Assembly (NCBI GenBank): GCA_964016885.1
Contig: OZ024743.1
Span: 59,954,001-60,018,000 of the forward strand
Direction: 5' to 3'
Origin: Eledone cirrhosa
Lineage: Eukaryota
Length of the DNA: 64,000 bases
Program-made: the position numbers and the translations under genes
In this document: piece by piece, positions 14,185 through 25,880 of the stretch
Layout: every line of letters starts with the position of its first letter
How positions within the stretch are numbered: the stretch's first letter is position 1
The notes under the pieces: generated by a model
What the model was told of the DNA's origin: nothing
What the model saw: only the letters and a program-made list of their open reading frames with translations
Databases searched by the model: none

Positions 14185-17100
14185 GATTTCGTTTATTGGC
14201 CACAGGGATCGACATGTAGGGGGCATTACATAGACACGGACAATGGGGGTTTACAATAAGCTCGAGTAAAAGTGCACAATGGCAAGACTAATTTAACAAA
14301 GAAGATATAAAAAATATATAATAAACTATGCATAAATATAACAAAATAAATTCCCTTATAGGGGGGTGGACAACCCAGGGGTGACTCAGGTACCTCACCA
14401 ATCCTAAACCACCCTGCGCTTCTAGGGTACCCGGGAAAGCACCCCTCTCCTACAATTAGCTACCCTATAGGTGCATGGTCAGAGTAGGCCCATTGACACG
14501 GGGCATTCTCGGCACATTCATCCACCTTTTAGCAAATGTAGCGCGGGGGGGGGGGGGGGGGCAGCACTTCTCTTTCCACCCTCACCTTCCTTTCCAGGTG
14601 AAACTTGATGAAGTTGATGAGGGATTGGCCGAAGAGAAAAGTGTCTGTCTTCAGTCCTTTCAATCTGGTCCACCATACAACATCTTTCGCAACTGCCACC
14701 AGAGAGAGGAAAATTGCCTGCTCTTCCTGACCACAACAAAGCGGCGGGTCGAGCTTTACCATGGACTGAGCCGATAGCTGGATCCGTTCTACACGTGACA
14801 ATATCTTTTCGGTATGACTCCACAAGTCATTAAAGCAAGGATATTGGACAAGTGCGTGTATAACGGTTTCGTCGCTCTGTGCGCGTCTCGGGGAGGTCCG
14901 TCTGACAGCACTTCCGCGCCTGTAGATTTTATCCCGAACCGGCAGTGACACCGGTAGCACTGCCAAGCGAGGGATTTCTGGAAGTTGTCGATCGTCCCCG
15001 GCTCGAAAGATCTCCAGAATAGACTTGTCCGTTGGACTTCGGCGAGGCCCAAAGCTTCTCCGAGTGCGTCATCGCACTTGCTCACCAATAATCAACTATA
15101 GAACTCGAGAGTGGAAGTTCTACTGATAGCATTGCCCGCTTGGTATAGGGCAGTGAGTGCCTGGCAACATACCACGTGCCAGTCACCCAATATTGGTCTC
15201 TTCTTGAACCAGAACTGCTGCTCCGTCAAAGAAAAGAGCTATGGAAAGGCCTGTCTGATAAACGGTGACCACACCTGTTCACCGTTTAGGCAGAATATCT
15301 GGAAATGTCGCAGCCTCAGCGCATGTCTGCGTATCGTTAGCCACGGCATGCCCAGCTCTCCGCATAGAGGGTGCTGACAGCAGATGGACCGCCTCACAAA
15401 CGGGACTTGTCCTCTCCACATTAATTTGAAGAGGAGCCGTTCCAACTTTGCCAGAGGCGGACGGGGGCAAGGTACGACGGTCAGGCGGTAGTAGATAACG
15501 AAGGGGATGTACGCATTCGCCAACTCCAGGTAACCTGTCAGTGATAGCTTCCTCGCAGCCCATTTTTGCGTGAGACTGGCTGCCCTGCTCGTTACCTCGT
15601 CCCCATTATTATAACCAAACCCCGAGCAACTTTACTGGTCCGCCCATCCAGCGCCCCACGACGCTGTTGGACGGCATGGACATGCTTTTCTAGCTGCCGA
15701 GTTTTCCGGGTTAAGTTTGGCTCCAATCAACATTTCATATTCCTTCAATAAGTTGCCGACCACCTCGATTTCCGAGGTGTCCAACACCATCACGATGATG
15801 TCGTCCGCATAAGCTAAGACAGCCCTTCTCCGTCCCGGTTCGAGCTGGATTCCATGCAACAGCTCCAGCTTCCGCAATAAAAGCTCGAGTGCCAATACAT
15901 ACAGAAGAGAAGAGAGAGGGCACACTTGACGGACCGATCGCGAGAGCCGAAAGGTGGCCATTAACCTTGACCACCGAGGAGATGCCACTGTTATTGCAGC
16001 GATCCAGCTCCTGAAGACAGGGCCGAAGCCAACTGCTTTGAGGACAGCCTCCAAATACCCTATCGAATGCTTTCGATTGATCTAAATTGATCAGTGCCCC
16101 ACCAGGCCAGGTTTACACCCTACCCTCTCCATGATGTATCGCATGAGGTGGAGATTGTCATGTATGGTCCTGGCTGGGAGTGCGCAAGTTTGTGCCTCCC
16201 CAACCAAATCCTCGACGACAAGCGCCAATCTCTTTGCTAACACCTTGGCCAACATCTGTTGAGCAGAGTTATGAGACTGAAGTTGTCTAATGTATCCCTC
16301 TTTTTCTCGTCTTTCCTTATCAGCGTCACCACTCGCCTGCTCATAGAATTGAGAATACTGCCATCTGCTACCAGTTGCAGTAGAACGCTTCGAGGAGATT
16401 GGAGAACAAGTCTGGCATACTTACGTAAAGCTCGTAGGGTAGACCATCGAAACCTGGTAACTTACTCCTGATGCAGCCTACAAGGGCGTCCTGAATTTCG
16501 GCTGAAGTAATCGGCCTTTCGCAGCGCTCAGCGTCGACCGTCGAGATGCGCGGCAAGGCGTCAAGGTAGGGACTGAAGTCCGCTACTGTCTCTGACCCGC
16601 CACTCTCCCCTAACAACCGAGCAAAGTGATGGCGAAAGGATTCGCACATCCGCTTGTAATCGCTTCTCTCGTGTCCGTCTCGGTCCGCCAAAGACCGAAT
16701 TGTGGATTGTTTACCACGTTGCATCTGCGCCACTAGCACGTACGTTGCAATGCCACTACAAATAGCATCTACCAGCTCCCCCTCCTTTATTTTTCTCTAA
16801 CGCTACTTCTTTGCTAAACCCTATCGAAGTTACTGTAATCTCTCTTTTGAGAGCCCCACACCATCAGTTGTTGACGATCCTCCGTGTCAACATTTGCTTA
16901 ACTAAATTGTTGACGCGGTCCCTCTAAGCCTCAGGTGCCGGAAATGACATGTTCAGCTTCCAGTAACCAGGACCTAACCTACGCGTTTTATATAGGTCGA
17001 TTATACAGATCTCAAATTTGTGATCAGATTAGGTGACCGTTTCAGAAAGTGGGCAGCCTACACTATTTCTATCTATTTTCCTAATGAAGATCCTGTCTAT

Positions 17101-18720
17101 ATACGATCTAGATCACACTCTGCGGTTGGTCCACCTACACACTGGCGCATTGGGGGAAATCTAGTCGGTACCTGTCAGACAGTTGGAACTGGCTGATTAG
17201 GTGCTTCAGGATTGTGCACCCCACACCGCTCCTATCAGCTACTCTCACACAACCCCAGCGTGCGTCTAATACCAGGGAGACTTACCCAGAAAGGTTTCCA
17301 GGCACCTAAAGAAGTCCGGTCGTTCGGCTCCTGCAGGGGCGTAGACGGCCATCAGTCTAAAGGCACAACCTTCGCTATTGCTCACATTCAGGACCACCAA
17401 CTGTATTTTCTGTATTTTTGAGCTGAGGCCACAAGGCTTGCAGATGCGTTGCTTCTCTGCAGACGAAGCAGTGTGGCCTTCTTAATTCAGTGATTAATTG
17501 GATCGTTGTCCCGTCCTGCATGCGGACAAAATCCAGGATATTGTTGATGTCCTCTGGTTACATTTGGAGAAGAAGCTCCAAATACATTCCGGACCAGTCC
17601 TTTCTCTCCTTTTTTTTTTGTATATCTAGGAGGGTAGTGTCTGTTTCCTCCTCGATTACGCATCCCAGGAGCCACCATATGTTCATTCCTGGTGGGATCC
17701 TAGGAATGCGAATCTCTACTATCCTTTTACCCATGTAGGACGGGTGCATGATAATATGTTCCATCCTGCAGAGGATCGCGGCGTGCTAGAAAGAAAGGGT
17801 CTCGGTTTTCAACAATACCGAGATGGTAACGAACTGCTTGGCCCTTGCATTGTACGCGATGTCACTTTCGATGCACTTCAAAGCAGCTTCGACTTTTGCT
17901 TGGCTGGCGAGTTCCACTAAGCGTGTCTGGACTGAAATGCATCGAAAGTACACAGTCATCCTTTGCATGGCTGCTATTGCCTCGTCTGGGATGATTAGGT
18001 TAACCCAGGACTTCTCTCGTTTAATTAACCTCCACACCTGGGCCAACTTTGTTCCTTATCGCTTATATCTACATTGAAGAAGCGCTTTGTTTTCGCTGCG
18101 CCCGCTCCAAAGGTCGCGCTTACGTTGAGCTTGTTGCTTTCCTTGTTGTTCTTGTTGTTGGTGTTGTCGTTCATGTTGTTGTTGTTGGTGTTGTTGTTGT
18201 TTTTGTTGTTTTGTTTATTTTTGAGGTTGCTTTCGTTAATACTATTTATATTGAGGCTGATGGTGTTATTGTCGTAGATGTTCTTGGTTGCTGTTGTGGT
18301 GGTTGTTGTAATATCGTTTGGAGGTGATACAGTGATGTCACCGCTCCCTTCTTTGATAGTAACAGCAGTGTTGGTGATTCTTGTGTTTTGATTTTGCATT
18401 CGGTGGAGTGGACGATAGACATGTCTGTGGAAATAATAGCCGTAGTGGTGGGAGCTGTAATGGCTGTTTCTAACCTTTTCACCAGTACGCTGTTTACCGT
18501 GTCAAGGTGGAAAATTTGCATTTCTTTTTTTGGGGGGGTGGGGCGATCTTTTCGAAGTTTTTAAAAATAAATCTGAATATTCGGGCATAAAGCCCGAATA
18601 TTGAGAGCCCCCCCCCCCCATCTTGGAACCATGGTGTGTACCTTATGCTTCGTTATCGACAAGGAAATACAATAAATGATACTTTAAAACAGCTTAGAAT
18701 TACGAACCATTTCTCCGGAC
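14185..18720 (-). mobile_element. Tx1/L1-clade LINE, near full-length but disrupted (ORF1 with Zn knuckle; ORF2 with APE remnant and RT)
   Basis: ORF1 pieces (RIPRIPPG...RRPHCFVCREATHLQA). ORF2 pieces: GYWKLN, KLPGFDGLPYELY, RSVRQVCPLSSLLYVLALE..AYADDI, GELGMPWL, AWQCYR, ETVIHALVQ. The 3' end abuts an (ATT)n tail at 14170-14184. Confidence 0.9.
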
Positions 18721-18761
18721 ACTTGTAAGGTCTTCACATATGTGGTCCAAATAATAATAAT

Positions 18762-19280
18762 AAACACCTAGCCCAGACACACTATAAAGGTTGGAGACAT
18801 GATTTGATAGGCAGCGAAATCCTTTGAAAACGATCAGGTGAAGGTGCTATGGGAATTTAGGATACAGACGGACAAGAAATTAGAACACAATAGGCCTGAC
18901 CTGGTGGTTTTGGACAAGGGAAAAAGATCGTGCCTGATTGTAGATGTAGCATGTCCATTTGACACGAGAGTGCAAGAAAAGGAGAGGGAGAAAATTAACC
19001 CACACCAGGATTTAAAGTGGGAGTTAAAAAGGATTTGGAACTGCCATGAAATCAAGGTCGTCCCGATTGTCATAGGCACACTAGGTACTATATAAAAGAG
19101 TTTCCAAGGATGGTTAAAGAAGATTAGTCCAGCCCCGCCTGAACACTTCAAAACGAATGCATGCTGGGAACAGCAAGAACCCTCCGATACGTCCTGAATG
19201 TTTAGGCTGCATGTAGTGACTCGATATTCATTTCAACAAACCTTCCAGTTAAATAACATCAATGACTGAGACTCAAAGAA
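18762..19280 (+). mobile_element. 5'-truncated R4/Dong family A fragment (RLE region) with an internal deletion
   Basis: VKVLWEFRIQTDKKLEHNRPDLVVLDK..IVDVACPFD...VPIVIGTLGTI. Flanked by (AAT)n at 18750-18762 and 19283-19341. Confidence 0.9.
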
Positions 19281-19284
19281 CAAC

Positions 19285-19325
<41 letters not shown>

Positions 19326-19341
19326 TAATAATAATAATAAT

Positions 19342-20320
19342 AAGGGAAGAAGACGCACGAGGTGGCGGAGGTCATGAAATCGCTCCCGTAAGTTTTGAAT
19401 TTTTAACATATTTAAATCATTTGTGAAATAACAACTCTTAGTACAAATGCTATGTAAAGCACCCGGCTTGAGCCCCAAAAAATTCGGACCCCAAATATAT
19501 TGTTATAAGGCTCAAATATTCAAATATTCAACTTTGTATTGTACACTGTATATCCAAAAAAGAAAATGGCTATAAATGGAAGAAGAACCCCCCCCCCCTC
19601 CTCTCCTCTGTCTACACTATATAGAACAGCCAAACTCACCAACACCAGAAACTAGATACACCACCCACCCCATCACCTGTGTACACTAAACACAACAGCC
19701 AGATAACGGCATTTTCACCACCACCGCTCACTACGGCCATCATTACCACCATTATCCCATCACCGCCGCCACCACCCCCTTCACTCCTTCACTGCTGCCA
19801 CCGCTACAGCACCATCACTACAGTAATACGGTCAAATCACCGCCACCACTGCCTCGGTATCGACATCACCACCACCACTGTCTCAGTATCGCTACCGCCG
19901 CCAGTCTCCACTTCTCCCAGCTGACTGCTGCCACCACATTATAGAATCCCTACTGCTAAAAAAGAGGAAGGCATCAAAACATCAAAATATATAGATAGAC
20001 TCAAAAGAAAAAAGAAAAAAACAAACAACAAAACCAAAGCAGCACAGCAACAACAGCAACAAACGAGAAAAACAAACAGAGAAAAACAAAAACAAAAACA
20101 ACCCCCCCCCCGCCCCCAAAAAAAAGAACGTAAAGAAAATAAGAATGAAGAGAGAAGCAGGCGGACGGACAGAGAAGAAGGGGGAAAAACTAAAACTTAA
20201 AAAACAAAAACTAAGTCAGACATTCGAACACTACATTACAATGAAACTTATGCTTATTCATTTTTGGGGCCCTTTCTGCCTGTGTGTTTGTTTGTTTATG
20301 TGTGTTCGTATACAGCGTGG
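19342..20320 (+). repeat. Non-coding leader, copy 1, upstream of R4-A copy 1
   Basis: Homologous to 23951-25880 and about 30590-31265. Starts right after the (AAT)n tract with gggaagaagacgcac...aaatcgctcccgtaag. Confidence 0.8.
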
Positions 20321-23300
20321 TGATAATGCCACACAAGGGCCAAGTGGAATGGCGGATCCACAGATGGCTATGTAACCATACATTCGCCAATCCTCGATAA
20401 GATTGTTTAAATATCGAACATAAACAGTTCGAATAACGGTGAAATGGAGACTAGAACGTCATGTGACAGACTCTCACCCAACAGGTGCCCCCTGGCTCAG
20501 CAGCAGGAACCTGACTGTCAACCAAATACTGCTGATGTTGGAGGAAGGAGAAGAAGGAAAGGGGCCAGAACCAACTGGACGAAAGAATTGAATAGAATTG
20601 TTATGCAATGTTACCTGAAAAGTAACCCCAAGGAGAGGGGCTACAGGAGACGGATGCATAACATCTGGAACGAGATTGGTTTATTTAAATTAGATGAACA
20701 AAAATTGGCCGGGCAGGCTCGGGTAATAAGAACTAATGGGTGGATAAGCGAGCTGGAACTGGAGGAACTGAGCACAGAGAATGGCTTGGAGATAGCGGGT
20801 GTAGTATGCCAGACAAGCGAGCCAGTGGGAAATGAAGGTGAAGAGGTCCTGAGAACGGAGGAACCACCCGAAGTAGATAATGATCTGAATACTGAGATAA
20901 ATAATACCTGGAACAGAGATACGGCCACTGAGGAGATGAATGCTGACGGGCTAGGACAAGATTCGGTTGACATCCTAAATTTAGTGGTAGATGAATTGAA
21001 CAATGATAGTTGGAGACCTATGAACCTAAGATTTGTAGACAGGAAAAAGTTAAAAGAAACAACAGCTAAGGTAAACAAAGTCATCCCATACCTTGAGGCG
21101 AGGAGCCTTCACCAGTGCAACAATATCCTCAAAGCAACAGCAAATACGGTGAGGAAACTACTTGGTATAAAAGCGAGAGGAAACAACAGACAAGAAAGAG
21201 CAGAGCCGTGGTGGAAGAAGCGACTGAGTGGGCAAATAGGGGAAATGAGAAATGACATAGGAAAGCTTGAGTCACTACTGAATGGGACACTAAAAAGCAT
21301 AGTCACTAAAAATAGACTGGAAATAAAATACAAAACTAGGAGGAAAAAGCTAAATATTATCATAGAGGAACTGAAGCAACGCATTGTAGCAAAGAGTGCA
21401 AAAATCAGGCGATACGAGAACAGAGTCAGTCAGTATAAACAGAATCGCATGTTCGACAACAACCAGAAGATGCTGTTTGGACAGCTTGAGGGGAAAGAAA
21501 GAGGCAACGACTTGATCCCTGGGGCGGAGCAAACTAAAACATTCTGGAGAGGAATATGGGAGCAGGATGTTAGACATAATGTCCAGGCAGGGTGGATTGA
21601 GACAGTACAGAGGGAGATCGGTGAGCAGGCACAACAACAAACTGATTTGAGTATCACAGTTGAAACTCTTAAAGGGCAGGCCAAAATACTAACCAACTGG
21701 AAATCACCAGGCGCAGATGGTGTGCAGGGGTATTGGATTAAACATTTAACATCCCTCCACCCGAAGCTGACGGCCATGTTCAATGACTGCTTGGTGTCGG
21801 GTGAGGTGCCAGAGTGGTTGACAAAAGGTACCACAGTTCTGATAATGAAAGACCGAATCAAGGGTAATGATGTTACCAACTATAGACCTATTACATGTCT
21901 GTCCGTAATGTGGAAACTGTTGACGAGCATTGTGTCTGAGGAAATCTACCATCACCTCCACACAAACAACTTGTTACCGGACGAACAGAAAGGATGCCGA
22001 AAGAAGTCACGTGGTACAAAGGACCAGTTACTTATTGATAAGATGGTAATGGGGAATTGCAGGAGGAGACACACTGATCTTGCCATGGGATGGATAGACT
22101 ACAGAAAGGCATTTGACATGGTGCCTCATTCTTGGATCACCAAAAGCCTGGAGATCTTCAGGGTGGCAGATAACATCAGACAGTTGCTAGGCAGGAGTAT
22201 GGGGTCCTGGGAGACAGAGTTGACATCAACTGGAGTATCCTTGGGAAGCGTGAAGATCAAGAGAGGTATCTTCCAGGGAGATAGCCTGTCCCCTCTGTTG
22301 TTTGTCCTTGCCCTGATGCCCTTGACCATTATGCTGCGAAAAGTGAGAGCAGGATACAAGTTGGGAAGGGGAGAGCTTACCATCAATCACCTCCTCTTCA
22401 TGGAGGATCTTATGCTCTTCTGGAAAAGTGAGAAGGAGTTGGATGTGCTTGATGAAACTGTCCGTATTTTCAGCAGTGTTATATGTATGCAGTTTGGTAT
22501 TGGTAAATATGGAGTCATTGTGATGAGGAGGCGTAGGTTGAGCAGAAGTAACGGGATCCAGATACCAACAGGTGAGATGATAAAGGAAATTGACTCTGAG
22601 GAAGGATACAAGTATTTGGGCGTTCTGGAGGCTGATGGCATAAAGAACAAAAAAATGAAGGAATTGTTAAGAATTGAATATATTCGGAGTGTAAGGAGCG
22701 TATTGAAGTCACATCTGAACAGCAGAAATGCCATAAGCGCAGTAAATTCCCGAGCTGTGTCTATTATTAGGTACAGTGCGGGAATTCTGAGATGGAATGT
22801 TGCTGAACAAAAAGAAATGGATAGGAAGACTAGGAAGCTACTGACTATCTACAACATGTTCCACTAGAGGAGTGATGTCGATAGACTCTACCTAAGGAGA
22901 TCTGAGGGTGGAAGAGGTCTTATCAGCATAGAGGACTGTGTTCAGATGGAGAAAAACAACCTATACAAATACGTGACCTATAGTAAGGAGCCAATGCTCA
23001 GAGCTGTACTGAAGGAGGGGACAGTAGGCCAGGGGATATCCAAGGAGGAAATAACATCAAGGAGGAAGAGCAGCCTTAAGGGAAAATCCCTTCATAGTAC
23101 CTTCTTTGAGAAAACTGAATTTAGAGATCCACAGACATGGAACTGGTTGAGAAGAGGAGACCTCAAAAAGGCTACAGAAGGAATGCTAATGGCTGCGCAG
23201 GAGCAGGCCCTCAAAACGAAGTGGTTGAAGCACCATATCTACAAGGAGGAGGCTAGCCCACTGTGCAGGATCTGTGGAGAGAGAGAGGAGACTGTGGCTT

Positions 23301-23950
23301 ACATTGTGTCTGAGTGTAAACACCTAGCCCAGACCCACTATAAGGGCTGGAGACACGATGTGATGGGCAGGGTGATCCACTGGCACCTGTGCAAAGTAAA
23401 CAATCTACCACATTCTGAGAAATGGTATGAGCATAGGCCAGAGGCGGTGATGGAGAACAGTCAGGTGAAGGTGCTGTGGGATTTCAGGATACAGACGGAC
23501 AAAAAACTGGAACACAATAGACCTGACCTGGTGGTTTTGGACAAAGAAAAAAGATCGTGCCTGATTGTGGATGTGGCCTGCCCGTTCGACACGAGAGTGC
23601 AAGAGAAGGAGAGGGAGAAAATTAACCGATACCAGGACCTAAAGTGGGTGGTGAAAAGGATTTGGAACTGCCATGAAGTCAAAGTGATCCCGATTGTCAT
23701 AGGCGCACTGGGGACTATCTCCAAAGGTTTCCAGGGATGGTTAAAGAAAATCGGCCCCTTCACGCTTTTTGGAACGCTTCAAAAGGCATGCTTGCTTGGA
23801 ACGGCAAGAACCCTCCGATACGTCCTGAATATCTGAGGCTGCAGGTAGTGGCTTGATATTCAATCCAACGGACTTTCCAGTTAACCAACATCAATGACTG
23901 AGATTCAAGGAATAACAATAACAATAATAATAATAATAATAATAATAATA
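20320..23950 (+). mobile_element. R4/Dong-clade non-LTR retrotransposon, family A copy 1 (full-length coding region)
   Basis: Single RT-RLE reading frame followed by a short 3' UTR and an (AAT)n tail at about 23911-23950. Confidence 0.92.
20444..23836 (+). pseudogene. RT + CCHC zinc knuckle + restriction-like endonuclease polyprotein (~1130 codons), one in-frame stop
   Basis: The 807-aa and 296-aa ORFs are in the same frame, separated by TAG at 22865-22867 (AAG in copy 2). Motifs: [41 protein letters not shown] (catalytic DD mutated to ED), YKYLG, CRICG..ETVAYIVSEC, RHD, RPDLVV..IVDVACP..EK. Confidence 0.92.
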
Positions 23951-25880
23951 GGGAAGAAGACACACATGGTGGATAGAAGGTCGAGAAATCGCTCCCGTAA
24001 GTTTTGATTTTTTAACATATTTAAATCAATTGTGAAATAACAATTCTCAGTACAAATGTTGCATAAAACATCCAGCTTGAGTCCCAAAAAATTCGGACCC
24101 ACAATATATTGTTATATCGCTCAAATATTCAATTTTGTATTATACATTTTATATTCAAAAAAGAAAATGGTTATAAATGGAAGAAAACCCCCTCTGTCTT
24201 CACTATATAGAACAGCCAAATAACAGCAATTTCACCAACATCAGAAACTAGATACACCACCTACCCTATCACCCCTCTGTGTACACTAAACACAACAGCC
24301 AGATAACGGCAATTTCACCACCACCACCACCAATCTCAGCATAATAATAATAATTACTATTACTATTGCCTCAAGTCTTAGTTTTAACAAAATGTTTAAT
24401 TCCCATATTAAGAAAAATATGTCAACACATACGCGACTAACGATAATTTCACTAAAGATAATTTCACCACCAATACCACCACCACGATGAAAACTCTGGT
24501 CAAGTCGACTCAAATTTCTACTCCAACTTCAACACCATCACTACAGTAATACGACCACATCACCACCACCGCTGCCTCACTATCGCTACCGCCGCTATTC
24601 TCTCCCACTACCTCCAGCTAGTTGCTGCTAGCACAGCACCGCCACCACCACCGCCGTCGCTGCCTCAATATCACTACCGCCGCTATTCTCTCCCGCGAGC
24701 CCCTGCTATATTGTAGAATTCCCACTAAAAGAGGAAAACATCAAAATATATAAATAGACTGAATTGATGACCTGGTCAAAATCAAAAGAAAAAAAAATCA
24801 AAATCAAGTTTTAGTTTTAACAAAATGTTTAATTCCAATATTAAGAAAAATATGTCAACACATATACGCGACTAATGATAATTTCACTAAAGATAATTTC
24901 ACCACCAATGCCACCACCACTACCACGATGAAAACTCTGATCAAGTCGACTCAAATTTCTACTCCAACTTCAACACCATCGCTACAGTAATACGACCACA
25001 TCATCAACACCACCACTGCCTCATTATCGCTACCGCCGCTACTCTCTCCCACTACCTCCTGCTAGTTGCTGCTGGCACAGCACCGCACCACCACCGCAGC
25101 CGCTGCCTCAATATCACTACCTCCGCTACTCTCTTCCACTACCCCCTGGTACATTGTAGAATTTTCACTAAAAGAGGAAAACATCAAAATATATAAGTAG
25201 ACTGAATTGATGACCCGGTCAAAATAAAAAAAAAACAATAATCAAAATCAAGTTTTAGTTTTAACAAAATGTTAAATTCCAATATTAAGAAAAATATGCC
25301 AGCTCATATACGCGACTAATGATAATTTCACTAAAGATAATTTCACCACCAGTGCCACCATCACTGCCACGATGAAAACTCTGGTCAAGTCGACTCAAAT
25401 TGCTACTCCATCTTCAACACCATTGCTACAGTAATACGACCACATCGCCACCGCCGCTGACTCATTATCGCTACCGCCGCTATTCTCTCTCACTTCCTCC
25501 TGCTAGTTGCTGCTGGCACAGCACCTCCATCGCCGCCGCCCCCGCTGCCTCATTGTCACTACCGCCGCTATTCTCTCCCGCTAGCCCCTGCTACATTGTA
25601 GAATTCTCACTAAAAGAGGAAGGCACTAAAATATATAAATAGACTGAATTGATGACCCGGTCAAAATAGAAAAAAATAAATAAAAATAAAACCAGCACAG
25701 CAACAAAGAAAAACGTAAAGGAAATAAAAATGAAGAGAATATCAAACGGACGGACAGAGAAGGGAAGGGAAAAACTAAGTCAGTCATTCAAACACTACAT
25801 TACAATGAAACTTATGCTTATTCATTTTTGGGGTTTTTCTGACTGTTTCTTTGTTTGTTTATTTGGGTTCGTCTACAGCG
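23951..25880 (+). repeat. Non-coding leader, copy 2, with three tandem ~430-445 bp monomers
   Basis: Monomers start at about 24372, 24805 and 25249 (caagt(c/t)ttagttttaacaaaatg) and each ends gactgaattgatgacc(c/t)ggtcaaaat. Confidence 0.85.

Noticed and set aside
22865-22867. Programmed stop-codon readthrough between RT and RLE
   Set aside because: Copy 2 has AAG at this position and copy 1 also has a mutated catalytic motif, so ordinary decay is the simpler explanation.
24372-25667. Regular repeats as a CRISPR-like array
   Set aside because: The units are ~435 bp full tandem duplicates without unique spacers, there are no cas genes, and the context is eukaryotic.
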